64,000 bases of DNA from Thermoanaerobaculia bacterium (GTDB taxonomy: Bacteria; Acidobacteriota; Thermoanaerobaculia; Gp7-AA8): the NCBI GenBank assembly GCA_035482045.1, contig DATHRD010000015.1:14597-78596 (forward strand). The letters are read 5' to 3'. Within the stretch, counting starts at the first letter, position 1. Each line of letters starts with the position of its first letter. Of the stretch, positions 1 through 8,610 are shown one piece after another. Made by a program: the position numbers and the translations under genes. Under the pieces are notes generated by a model that was not told where the DNA came from, ran no database searches, and was given only the letters and a program-made list of their open reading frames with translations.

Positions 1-1
1 T

Positions 2-157
2 GGCAATGCCCTTCAGGCGAACGGATACGACATCCATCCACACCGTCATGTGCGCGACCAGCTCGATGATCGAATGAACGTTCGGAAGAGGATGGGCGTG
101 GGCCTGTTCGTCCGTCACGTTGTCGAGAAGAGGACGGATGGCGACGCCGGTCCATGA
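2..157 (+). CDS. 3-prime end of an unidentified upstream CDS (partial; start lies outside the window)
   Basis: Open frame from the window edge ending ...VVEKRTDGDAGP with TGA at 155-157. The stop overlaps the ATG at 154 in an ATGA arrangement. No family recognised. Confidence 0.2.
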   Translation, partial: GNALQANGYDIHPHRHVRDQLDDRMNVRKRMGVGLFVRHVVEKRTDGDAGP

Positions 158-261
158 TGGTCCACCCCAGGCCCGGTTCAATTGGTCGAGAATGCGTTCG
201 ATCGCTCGCATGGACGGCGATTCTGCTACATTCGCGCCCCAACGCAAATCGAGGAGCGTCG

Positions 262-1050
262 ATGAGTTACGTCGTAGGTGAGTGGCTGAATCTCGCCGTC
301 CGCTGGACGCACGTCTTCGCGGCGATCATGTGGGTCGGGCAGACGTATTTCTTCACCTGGCTCGACCACACCTTCCAGGGAGAGAAGCAGGTCTGGATGG
401 TGCACAGCGGCGGTTTCTACATCGTCGACAAACAGAAGCGACCGGAACTGCTGAACCAGACGCTGCACTGGTTCAAATGGGAGGCGTTCTTCACGCTCGT
501 GTCGGGCTTTCTGCTGCTCATCCTCGTCTACTACGGCGGGGGCATCATGGTCGACGAAAGCGTCCTGAAGATCACGGCGTGGCAGGCGGCCGGACTCAGT
601 CTGGTCCTCATCGCGGCCTGCTGGTTCCTGTACGACTTTCTCTGGATCTCGCCGCTGCGAAGGTACGAGGTGGCGGGGACAATCGTCTCGTACCTGCTCC
701 TCGTCGGGGCCATCGTCGGTTCCACGCACCTCTTCTCCTCGCGGGCGGCATATATGCAGATCGGCGCCACGCTCGGCACGTTCATGGCGTTGAACGTCTG
801 GGTGCGCATCCTTCCGGCGCAGCGGCAGCTCATCGCGGCGGTGAAGGCCGGCGGTGAGCCGGACATGCGCCTGGCCGACCTCGCCAAGCAGCGCTCGAAG
901 CAGAACACGTTCATCGTCCTTCCCGTCGTCTTCATCATGATCAGCAGTCACTTCCCCGTCGCCACCTACGGCAGTCAGTACAACTGGCTCGTGCTGGCGG
1001 TGCTCGTGCTGGTGGGGTGGGGTGTAGCGAAGGTCATTCGTACGCGGTAG
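262..1050 (+). CDS. DUF989 / urate-oxidase-N-like polytopic membrane protein (PuuD membrane-domain-like, no cytochrome c domain seen)
   Basis: ORF 154..1050. Hydrophobic protein begins MSYVVGEWLNLAVRWTHVFAAIMWVGQTYFF at internal ATG 262, preceded by GAGGAG. Several predicted TM helices. Sits in a purine-catabolism neighbourhood. Confidence 0.5.
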   Translation: MSYVVGEWLNLAVRWTHVFAAIMWVGQTYFFTWLDHTFQGEKQVWMVHSGGFYIVDKQKRPELLNQTLHWFKWEAFFTLVSGFLLLILVYYGGGIMVDESVLKITAWQAAGLSLVLIAACWFLYDFLWISPLRRYEVAGTIVSYLLLVGAIVGSTHLFSSRAAYMQIGATLGTFMALNVWVRILPAQRQLIAAVKAGGEPDMRLADLAKQRSKQNTFIVLPVVFIMISSHFPVATYGSQYNWLVLAVLVLVGWGVAKVIRTR

Positions 1051-1145
1051 CGCGGTAGCGCGGTCGCGGGGTTGCGCGGTCTCGCGGTTTTCAACACCCG
1101 AGACCCCGAAACCGCGAGACCGCGAAACCGCGAAACCGCACACAG
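1045..1145. repeat. GC-rich palindromic intergenic element of the GCGGTCTCGCGG / CCGCGAGACCGC family
   Basis: gcggtagcgcggtagcgcggtcgcggggttgcgcggtctcgcggtttt...gaaaccgcgagaccgcgaaaccgcgaaaccgc. Inverted arms with internal short direct repeats. Confidence 0.7.
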
Positions 1146-1153
1146 GAGCTCAT

Positions 1154-2482
1154 TTGAAACGCACTCTCTCCGACAACGACATTCGCTCCGCCGCGGCGAA
1201 GCTCGATCCTGCTCTCACCAGATTCATGGCTCGCTTCCCGGAAGACTCAGGAGCCCGGCAGCCGGTGCACACGGTTTATGGCGGGGCACATCTCTTCAAG
1301 AGCGACACGACGCAGAAACTCGGCGTGCTGGCGCTGCGGGCTCTCGATGAGTACGGACCGGACGCGGCCACGCTTGGGAACGCCATCGGGATCGACCCGC
1401 GCTTCCAGGACGTCGTCTACGCGCGCGTCCTGGAGAAGCTCCGCCGCGAACCGGTCGAGGATTTCCGCATCGATTTCGAGGACGGCTACGGCAACCGCGC
1501 CGATGAGGAGGAGGACGGCCACGCCGCCGCTGCCGCGCACGAGGTTGCGGCGGGGATGAAGAACGGAACGCTGCCTCCCTTCATCGGCATTCGCATCAAA
1601 CAGTTCTCTCAGGAGCTGATGCCGCGTTCGATCCGCACGCTCGATATCTTCGTCTCGACGCTGCTCGATGACGCGGGTCTGCTGCCCCCCAACTTTGTCG
1701 TGACTCTGCCGAAGATCCAGTTGCCGCACCAGGTCACGGCGATGGCCGATCTTCTCGACGCCATGGAACCGAAGCTCGGCCTGGCGCATCACGCGCTCCG
1801 CTTCGAGTTCATGATCGAGACGACCCAGGCCATCCTGAGCGAGAACGGCGTCTCCAACCTGCCGCTCTTTCTCGACGCCGCGCGCGGGCGGGCCGTGGCC
1901 GCGCACTTCGGCACGTACGACTACACGGCGAGCTGCAACATCACCGCGGAGCATCAGCGGATGGACCACCCCGCCTGCGACTTCGCCCGCCACATGATGC
2001 AGGTGGCCTACGCTGGGACAGGTCTCTGGTTGTCGGATGGCGCCACGAACATCATGCCGATCGCGCCGCATCGCGTCACGCTCACAGCGCGGCAAATCGA
2101 GGAGAACCGCTCGGTCGTCCACCGCGCCTGGCGATTGCACGCCGATCACATCCGGAACTCGCTCATCAACGCGTACTACCAGGGATGGGACCTCAATCCG
2201 GCGCAGCTTCCGACGCGGTATGCCGCCGTCTACTCGTTTTTCCTGGAAGGCTTGCAGGCGGCCACTGATCGTTTACACAACTTCATCGAAAAGGCTGGCC
2301 AAGCCACCCTCGTCGGCGATGTTTTCGACGATGCCGCCACCGGACAGGGACTGCTCAACTACTTCCTCCGCGCGCTCAACTGCGGCGCCATCACGGAAGA
2401 GGAAGCGCTCGCCACGGGTCTGACTCTCGACGAGCTTCGCAGCCGCAGCTTCGTGAAGATCATGAAGGGGCGGAGGAAATGA
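1154..2482 (+). CDS. HpcH/HpaI/CitE-like aldolase-lyase family protein
   Basis: TTG start with AGGAG 5 nt upstream. Motifs RIDFEDGYG (DxEDA-like metal site) and FEFMIETTQAI (mIET motif) typical of the CitE/HpcH fold. Function in this locus unknown. Confidence 0.5.
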   Translation: MKRTLSDNDIRSAAAKLDPALTRFMARFPEDSGARQPVHTVYGGAHLFKSDTTQKLGVLALRALDEYGPDAATLGNAIGIDPRFQDVVYARVLEKLRREPVEDFRIDFEDGYGNRADEEEDGHAAAAAHEVAAGMKNGTLPPFIGIRIKQFSQELMPRSIRTLDIFVSTLLDDAGLLPPNFVVTLPKIQLPHQVTAMADLLDAMEPKLGLAHHALRFEFMIETTQAILSENGVSNLPLFLDAARGRAVAAHFGTYDYTASCNITAEHQRMDHPACDFARHMMQVAYAGTGLWLSDGATNIMPIAPHRVTLTARQIEENRSVVHRAWRLHADHIRNSLINAYYQGWDLNPAQLPTRYAAVYSFFLEGLQAATDRLHNFIEKAGQATLVGDVFDDAATGQGLLNYFLRALNCGAITEEEALATGLTLDELRSRSFVKIMKGRRK

Positions 2483-2490
2483 CCGCTCGT

Positions 2491-2841
2491 CTAACTTCCT
2501 CGATATGTTGAATATCCGAAGGGGCTGAGAAGCAACGGCACGTGAAAGTGCTGTGCCCCTTCGCTCACAATGAACTCGATCACCACCCGCGGAAAGAAAC
2601 CCTCGGGGTTGTAGGAGCCGGTATCGAACGAGAGCCGATACCTGCCGGCCTCCGGCATTTCGTCAGCGAGTTTCAGCCGTCCGCCGGCGTCCGTCGAACC
2701 GGTCGCGACGATCACCCATCCTTCGCGATCCATCTGGGGCAGGCGTGCTTCGGCCATATATGGACCGTGGCTCAGCGTGACCGCCAGGCCCGCTGCCGGT
2801 AGTCCCTTTGCGGTGTCGAGTACATGAGTCGAGATACCCAT
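2491..2841 (-). CDS. uraH: 5-hydroxyisourate hydrolase (transthyretin-like)
   Basis: MGISTHVLDTAKGLPAAG ... C-terminal YRGS signature. GGAGAC upstream of ATG 2841. Confidence 0.85.
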   Translation of the reverse strand: MGISTHVLDTAKGLPAAGLAVTLSHGPYMAEARLPQMDREGWVIVATGSTDAGGRLKLADEMPEAGRYRLSFDTGSYNPEGFFPRVVIEFIVSEGAQHFHVPLLLSPFGYSTYRGS

Positions 2842-2923
2842 TGTTGTCTCCACTCGGCGGCAAGACGCCGCCGAGCCAGCCGGCGGGACCCTTCGGCTCC
2901 GCTCAGGGCAGGCGCCAGCGCTC

Positions 2924-4411
2924 CTACCCTACCAACTTCATCAGCCGTAGCTTTGTGATCTTCATCTGCTCCTCGGCGGCGAGGCGCAGTTCGTCTTCAG
3001 GCGAATTCTCCAGCCGTTGCCAGGCCATGGCCAGCATCTCATCGGCGCTGCGGCCGGTGGCGCAGACGATGTAGATGTATCCGAAGCGCGCCTCGTACTC
3101 GCGATTCGCCGCTGCCAGTGCGTCCATGCTCTCGCTCGACGCCGAGGCGGTTCCCGACTGCTCCTGCTGTTCCCATCGTGAACCGGACCCGTCGCCGATG
3201 CGCGGATGTGCGGCGAAGGCTTCGCGCCAGTCGTCAGGCTTCAACGCGTGCCAGATCTGCTCGGCCTGGTGAATGAGATCGCTCCAGGCCGGGAACGGAC
3301 GCGCCCCGGTCATCCGCCGCACCCACTCGGTTGAGCCGCAGCAGTTCCTGAGCTGCATGGCCGCGAGCTCGTCCGTCAACGTATTGACGTACCTGACCAC
3401 AGCTTCGCCGCGGCCTTCCTCGGTGGCCACGCCGTGCACGCGCAGCCGGCTGACGCCGCCGTCAGGGAAGACATTGAGCCGCAGGTGCGTCACCGGCCCG
3501 TTCTGTGCCAGCTCGTCGATGAAGATGTGACGGGTATGGCCTTGCAGCTTCGTGCGCGGCAGTACCTCGAACCACTCAGCGTCGATGAGCGCCGCTCCCG
3601 CGGCGGCAAACGCGCGGGTGCCGTCGATCGAGCAGGTGTCTGGGTAGTTGCCTTTGAAATGGTTGGTGTCGATCTCGACACGCCGTATCAGCCCCTCGGC
3701 GGCGAGCTGCACGATGACCCAGTCGTTCCCCGGACCGCGCCGCCGCTTCGTCTCCCACCCATCGCTCATGTTGACGGCGCGGTCCGGCATGATCAAGTTG
3801 TGCTTCGGTCCGAAGAACATGTCGCTGCAGGCCAGCACGTCGCCGCCGTGCTCCGCCGCCGCGAGGTCGGTCTCGATGGACAGCCCGCCTTCACGCCGCC
3901 ACTCGGGGACGACCTGGCCGTGCACACGGAGCCGCGCTACGCCACCGTCGGGATAAATGTGGAGCCGCAGATGGGTGAAGGCGTACGGCGTGTCGACCGC
4001 AAAAGGGTTCTCGCTGTCACCTTTCAGTTCGGACTTCGGAAGGATCTCGATCCAGTTCGCCGCCAGAAGCGCCTCAACGTCGCTTTCTGGCGGAGTTGCA
4101 CACGCTTCGATGGAGCAATGCGACGGATAGTTGCCGCGAAAGAAAGCCGTATCGACGACGACCCCGCGAATCACACCGCGAAGGCCGAGGCGGATGATGG
4201 CGAAGTCATGGCCGGGAGTGCGCTTGCGGCGGCTTTCCCATCCATCCATCCACTTTCCGCGGTCTGTGTACTCGTATTCCTTCCACACCGGCTTCGCGGG
4301 GCGAAGCAGGTTCTCCTTCTCCGCGAAGTAATCGTCGGTGGCATAGAGCACCGATCCGCCGAGGCGCTCGGAGGCTAGGTCCAGCAGCTCTTGAAAATCG
4401 GTTTTGCTCAT
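2924..4411 (-). CDS. bifunctional allantoicase (two allantoicase repeats) fused to a C-terminal OHCU decarboxylase domain
   Basis: Two allantoicase repeats (KWMDGWESRRKR ... DGWETKRRRGPGNDW). C-terminal AFAAHPRIGD...FGYIYIVCATGRSADEML is OHCU decarboxylase-like. Start taken at MSKTDF (4411). The in-frame upstream ATG at 4477 lies inside a palindromic repeat. Confidence 0.75.
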   Translation of the reverse strand: MSKTDFQELLDLASERLGGSVLYATDDYFAEKENLLRPAKPVWKEYEYTDRGKWMDGWESRRKRTPGHDFAIIRLGLRGVIRGVVVDTAFFRGNYPSHCSIEACATPPESDVEALLAANWIEILPKSELKGDSENPFAVDTPYAFTHLRLHIYPDGGVARLRVHGQVVPEWRREGGLSIETDLAAAEHGGDVLACSDMFFGPKHNLIMPDRAVNMSDGWETKRRRGPGNDWVIVQLAAEGLIRRVEIDTNHFKGNYPDTCSIDGTRAFAAAGAALIDAEWFEVLPRTKLQGHTRHIFIDELAQNGPVTHLRLNVFPDGGVSRLRVHGVATEEGRGEAVVRYVNTLTDELAAMQLRNCCGSTEWVRRMTGARPFPAWSDLIHQAEQIWHALKPDDWREAFAAHPRIGDGSGSRWEQQEQSGTASASSESMDALAAANREYEARFGYIYIVCATGRSADEMLAMAWQRLENSPEDELRLAAEEQMKITKLRLMKLVG

Positions 4412-4515
4412 GAACGAACCGAGACGAATGTTGAATGTTGAACGTTGAGTGTTAAATGTTGAATGAAGGTCAGCCACTCAACATTCACCACTGAACATTC
4501 AACATTCAACATTCG
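4405..4515. repeat. imperfect long inverted repeat built from tandem AATGTTG heptamers, AT-rich relative to the rest of the window
   Basis: acgaatgttgaatgttgaacgttgagtgttaaatgttgaatg ... cactcaacattcaccactgaacattcaacattcaacattcgt. Overlaps the 3-prime end of allantoinase and the 5-prime region of the allantoicase fusion gene. Confidence 0.8.
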
Positions 4516-5878
4516 TTCTCCGAACCCACTCCCCAATCGCATTGCCAAGATGCCGCCCATCCTCCCACACCTTGTGGCCACGGACATACGTCGCTCGGAC
4601 GACGCCGGTGAGCGTCTCGCCGGCATACGGCGTGACCTTGTGCCGATGTTGAACGAGCTCCTCTCGAACGACGAAATGCGCATCCGGATCGAAGACGACG
4701 ATGTCGGCGTCGAAGCCGGCGGCCAGCTTTCCTTTGCGGTCGCCGAGTCCTGCCAGCGTTGCCGGGCCGGTCGTCATCAGATGGACAATCTGCTCGAACG
4801 CAATGCCGCGCTTCTTCGCCTCGGTCCAGACAATCGGCAGGCCGAACTGCAGCGAGGCGATTCCGCCCCAGGCCCGCGCGATGTCGACTGCGTCCATCCG
4901 TTTCAGCTCCGGTGTACACGGGGAGTGATCGCTGACGACGGCGGTGAAGAGTCCCTCGCGGAGGCCGCGCCACAGCTCCTCGCGGTTGGCGTGACCGCGG
5001 ATCGGCGGGGCGCACTTGAACTCCGTCGCTCCGTCCGGCACCTGCTCGGCGTCGAAGTAGAGATAATGCGGCGTGGTCTCGGCAGTCAGCGGCCCGTGCG
5101 CGTCGCGGGCGCGGCGAAGCGCATCGAGCCCGTTCGCCGAGGAGAGGTGGACGATGTGGGCATGCGTCCCAGTCTTCCGCGCCAGCGCGTAGACGAGTGC
5201 GATCGCTTCATCCTCGGCTTCGGCGGGACGTGTGGCGAGGTAGCTCGCATACGAACGATCGTGGCCCGCCGGCGCGTGGATGTGCTCCGGCAATTCCGCG
5301 TGGACCAGCAGAGGCGCGCCGGTGTCCCGCAACGCGTTCAATGCCTCTTCCAGTCCGCGAGCATCGAGATGGCCAAACTCCGGCACTCCCGAGTCGACGA
5401 GAAAGCATTTGAAGCCGCACGCTCCGGCTTCGAGCATGGCCCGAAGCTGTCCCGAGTTTCCCGGCACCGCGCCGCCCCACAACGCCACGTCGACGCGACA
5501 CTTCCCATCGAGAGCGCGCACCTTCGTCTCCAGCGCCGCAACGGATGTCGTCGGAGGGATCGAGTTCAAGGGCATATCGACGACCGTGGTCACGCCACCG
5601 GCCGCCGCCGCCCGTGTGGCCGTCTCGAACCCTTCCCATTCCGTCCGCCCCGGCTCGTTGACGTGTACGTGCGAGTCCACGATGCCGGGCATGAGGGTGA
5701 GACCGCCGTAGTCTTCGAACGGGGCTCCCGCGGGGACGTCGTCGAATTCGCTGACGCGCTCGATCACTTGCCCGTTGACGTGAATCGTCGACGGCCGGAT
5801 ACCATGCGGCGTGACGACGCTACGGCTGCGGAGGATCACGTTTCGGATGATAGCGGAGGCAATGTATGTCTCGAACAC
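4499..5878 (-). CDS. allB: allantoinase
   Basis: GIVDSHVHVNEPGRTEWEGFETATRAAAAGGVTTVVDMPLNSIPPTT and WGGAVPGN motifs of cyclic-amidohydrolase allantoinase. Confidence 0.85.
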   Translation of the reverse strand: MFETYIASAIIRNVILRSRSVVTPHGIRPSTIHVNGQVIERVSEFDDVPAGAPFEDYGGLTLMPGIVDSHVHVNEPGRTEWEGFETATRAAAAGGVTTVVDMPLNSIPPTTSVAALETKVRALDGKCRVDVALWGGAVPGNSGQLRAMLEAGACGFKCFLVDSGVPEFGHLDARGLEEALNALRDTGAPLLVHAELPEHIHAPAGHDRSYASYLATRPAEAEDEAIALVYALARKTGTHAHIVHLSSANGLDALRRARDAHGPLTAETTPHYLYFDAEQVPDGATEFKCAPPIRGHANREELWRGLREGLFTAVVSDHSPCTPELKRMDAVDIARAWGGIASLQFGLPIVWTEAKKRGIAFEQIVHLMTTGPATLAGLGDRKGKLAAGFDADIVVFDPDAHFVVREELVQHRHKVTPYAGETLTGVVRATYVRGHKVWEDGRHLGNAIGEWVRRTNVEC

Positions 5879-5912
5879 GCGCGCGGTGGGTGTGTTGACT
5901 TGTCATCCACTC

Positions 5913-6154
5913 TGTCATCCTGAGCCTGCCGGAGCCGCTGAGCGAGCGCAGCGCGAGTGCGGCGGAGGACGGCGAAGGATCTCCAGATGCGCTGCTTGGG
6001 GCAGAAGCACAGATGGGGTTTTGTCGTTGATCTTCCTCACAAAAACCACAGTTTCGCTACTGCCCCAGGCGCTGCCACTGGAGATCCTTCGCCGTCCTCC
6101 GCCGCTCTTCGCTCGCTACGCTCGCTCAGCGGCTGCGGCAGTCTCAGGATGACA
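5913..6154. mobile_element. MITE-like non-autonomous element, copy 1: about 74-bp near-perfect terminal inverted repeats with TGTCATCCTGAG termini
   Basis: Left arm tgtcatcctgagcctgccggagccgctgagcgagcgcagcgcgagtgcggcggaggacggcgaaggatctccag. Right arm ctggagatccttcgccgtcctccgccgctcttcgctcgctacgctcgctcagcggctgcggcagtctcaggatgaca. Central region of about 90 bp. A partial direct copy of the terminus (tgtcatcc) lies 12 bp upstream. Confidence 0.6.
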
Positions 6155-6194
6155 AATTGCCAATAGGGTTTCTTCACGGAGACCTGCGTTTCCT

Positions 6195-8540
6195 TCACGG
6201 CTGCGGTGCCGCCACTTCCCTCGCATCGCTTCCCCGTGCCGCCCGCCGGTACGCCGTCATCCGCGTCAAAATCTCTTCCCCCGTTGCCGGCGCGTTCAGT
6301 TTCGGGATCTCACCACCGCTGAGGTACGACAGCGCGTTCTTCACAGCCATCCAGACCGAGATGGCCAAGACGAGCGGGGGCTCGCCGGTCGCTTTGCTGG
6401 AGCGGATGTTGAGCGCGTTCTCCGCGTCGATCCAGTCGACATTGAAAACAGGCGGGACATCCTGGATGTTCGGGATCTTGTACGTCGTCGGCGAGTGCGA
6501 GAGGAGGTTGCCCTTGGCGTCGTAGCGCAACTCTTCGTTCGTGAGCCAGCCCATGCCCTGAATGAATGCACCGGTGATCTGGCCGCGGTCGATGCCGGGG
6601 TTGATCGGCTTGCCGATGTCCATCAGCAGGTCGGAGCGACGCACCTGCATCATGCCGGTGAAGCGATCGATCTCGACCTCGGAGATCGCCGTGCCCTGGG
6701 TGAAGTAGAGGAACGGCGTGCCGCGGCCCTTGTCCGCATCCCAGTCCAACCCCTGCGTCGCATAGAAACCGCGTTCGCCGAGGGAAACGCGCTCGATGTG
6801 ACACATCTTCACGAGAGCCGCAAAGGTGAGGCGCGGCTCCGGCACCCGGCGATCGAAGACGTCGCCGTCCTCGAAGACCACGTCATCGACGGATGGTGCC
6901 ACGGAGCCGGCGCGGCCGAAGTGCTCCGCGGCGACGGCCGCCATGCGTGATCGAATCTTCCGGCAGGCGTCGGCGGCGGCGCTGCCGTTGAGGTCCGCGC
7001 CGCTGGAGGCCGCCGTGGCCGAGGTGTTGTTGTTCTTCTCCGTCGACGTCGTCATCAGAAGGACGCGCTCGGCATCAATCCCCAGCTCATCGGCCACGAT
7101 CTGACGGATCTTCGTGTTGACGCCTTGACCCATCTCTGTCGCGCCGGTCGAGACCTGCACGGAGCCGTCGAGGTAGACGTTTACGAGGGCGTTGGCCTGG
7201 TTGAGGAACTTGGTGTTGAACGAGATGCCGAACTTCACCGCGGTACAGGCGATGCCGCGAAGATGGGTGCGCGAGGCCGCGTTGAAGCTGGCCACCTCGG
7301 CGGCACGCTTCGCGTAGTGGCCGCGTTTCGCGATCTCGTCGAAAAGATGAGGCAGGTGATTGTTGCGGACGACTTGACCGTAGGGCGTGATGTTGCGGTC
7401 GTCGATGCCGTAGCAGTTGCGGCGGCGGACTTCCAGCGGATCCATCTTCAGAATGACCGCGATCTCTTCCAGGATGTTCTCGATCGTGGCAATTCCCTGC
7501 GGTCCGCCGAAGCCGCGGAAGGCGGTGTTCGGCGGGTAATTGGTGCGACAAACCGTGCCGCGAATCAAGACGTCGGGCAGGTAATAGGCGTTGTCGGCGT
7601 GCGTCATGGCGCGCCCCAGGACCGCCGTCGAGAGGTCGGCGAAGGCGCCGCCGTCCGAGTAGAAATCGATGCGTGCGCCGGTGATCACGCCGTCGTCGTC
7701 GAACGCGACTCTGTAGTCGTTCTGGAACGGATGTCGCCCGCCGGTGACGCACATGTCGTCGTCTTTCGTGTAGGCGATGCGCGCCGGGCGCTTGAGCTTG
7801 TGTGCCACGAGTGCCGCAATCGCGGCAGGGTGCGTGGCCTGACACTCTTTCCCGCCAAAGCCGCCGCCCATCCTCTTGGTGACCACCGTTACCTTGTTGA
7901 TCGGCAGCCCGAGCAGATGAGCGATGACGTCCTGAACCTCGGAAGGGTTCTGCGTCGATGAGTGGACCGTGAGCTGATCGAATTCACCAGGCACGGCGAT
8001 CGCTGCCTGCGACTCAAGGTAGAAGTGATCCTGGCCGCCGCTGATGAACGTCCCCTCGAGAATGTGAGCGGCGGAAGCGAAGGCCGCCTCGACGTCGCCG
8101 CGCTGGATGGTCATCGTCCTGCCGATGAACAGGCAGCGCCGCTTCGCTTCGTCGATCGTGAACACCGGCTCCAGTTCTTCGATATCGACCCCGATGGTCG
8201 CCTTGGCCGCGCGGATGGCCGCGCGCGACTCGGCGGCGATGACGACGATCGGGTGCCCGATAAACGACGCCACGTCTTCGGCCAGGAGCAGTTCGTCCTG
8301 AATGATCGGCCCGAATAGGTTGTGGTGAAGATCGCGATAGGTGAAGAGTCCTGCGACGCCTGGCACCCTCCGCGCCGCATCGAGCTCGATCGAGCGGATC
8401 CGTCCATGGGCGACCGGCGACCAGACGAAGTCGACGATCAGCTCCCCGCGCAGCGGCGCCATGTCGTCGACGTACACCGACTCGCCGCTCACATGGCCGA
8501 CCGCCGAATCATGAGGGATGTTCTTTCCGACCGAGGACAT
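6195..8540 (-). CDS. xdhB: xanthine dehydrogenase molybdopterin-binding large subunit
   Basis: 781 aa. Ald_Xan_dh-like sequence throughout (e.g. FGGKE, molybdopterin-binding regions). Confidence 0.85.
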   Translation of the reverse strand: MSSVGKNIPHDSAVGHVSGESVYVDDMAPLRGELIVDFVWSPVAHGRIRSIELDAARRVPGVAGLFTYRDLHHNLFGPIIQDELLLAEDVASFIGHPIVVIAAESRAAIRAAKATIGVDIEELEPVFTIDEAKRRCLFIGRTMTIQRGDVEAAFASAAHILEGTFISGGQDHFYLESQAAIAVPGEFDQLTVHSSTQNPSEVQDVIAHLLGLPINKVTVVTKRMGGGFGGKECQATHPAAIAALVAHKLKRPARIAYTKDDDMCVTGGRHPFQNDYRVAFDDDGVITGARIDFYSDGGAFADLSTAVLGRAMTHADNAYYLPDVLIRGTVCRTNYPPNTAFRGFGGPQGIATIENILEEIAVILKMDPLEVRRRNCYGIDDRNITPYGQVVRNNHLPHLFDEIAKRGHYAKRAAEVASFNAASRTHLRGIACTAVKFGISFNTKFLNQANALVNVYLDGSVQVSTGATEMGQGVNTKIRQIVADELGIDAERVLLMTTSTEKNNNTSATAASSGADLNGSAAADACRKIRSRMAAVAAEHFGRAGSVAPSVDDVVFEDGDVFDRRVPEPRLTFAALVKMCHIERVSLGERGFYATQGLDWDADKGRGTPFLYFTQGTAISEVEIDRFTGMMQVRRSDLLMDIGKPINPGIDRGQITGAFIQGMGWLTNEELRYDAKGNLLSHSPTTYKIPNIQDVPPVFNVDWIDAENALNIRSSKATGEPPLVLAISVWMAVKNALSYLSGGEIPKLNAPATGEEILTRMTAYRRAARGSDAREVAAPQP

Positions 8541-8610
8541 GGAATTTGTAAGTATACGGCGGCGACAATGCTATATTAGCCGTACCTAAACAAACGCGAA
8601 GGCAATCTCT
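8541..8610. promoter_or_regulatory. AT-rich divergent promoter region between xdhB and the secreted-protein gene
   Basis: ttgtaagtatacggcggcgacaatgctatattag: TTGTAA and TGcTATATT-like boxes in an otherwise high-GC context. Spacing is not ideal, so treated as a low-confidence call. Confidence 0.3.

Noticed and set aside
154-261. ATG at 154 as the true start of the DUF989 gene (ATGA overlap with the upstream stop)
   Set aside because: The 36 N-terminal residues from this start are hydrophilic and Arg-rich. The internal ATG at 262 has a GAGGAG RBS and begins the hydrophobic domain. The 154 start is kept only as an alternative.
226-1143. 305-aa minus-strand ORF antisense to the DUF989 gene
   Set aside because: Arg/Asp-rich low-complexity translation typical of the antisense frame of high-GC coding DNA. 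It fully overlaps a plausible membrane-protein gene.
4463-5923. 486-aa plus-strand ORF antisense to allantoinase, and similar long antisense ORFs (13555..14712, 15465..16892, 41313..42941, 52269..53540)
   Set aside because: Each is fully overlapped by a confidently identified gene on the other strand. Their composition is antisense-like and Arg-rich.
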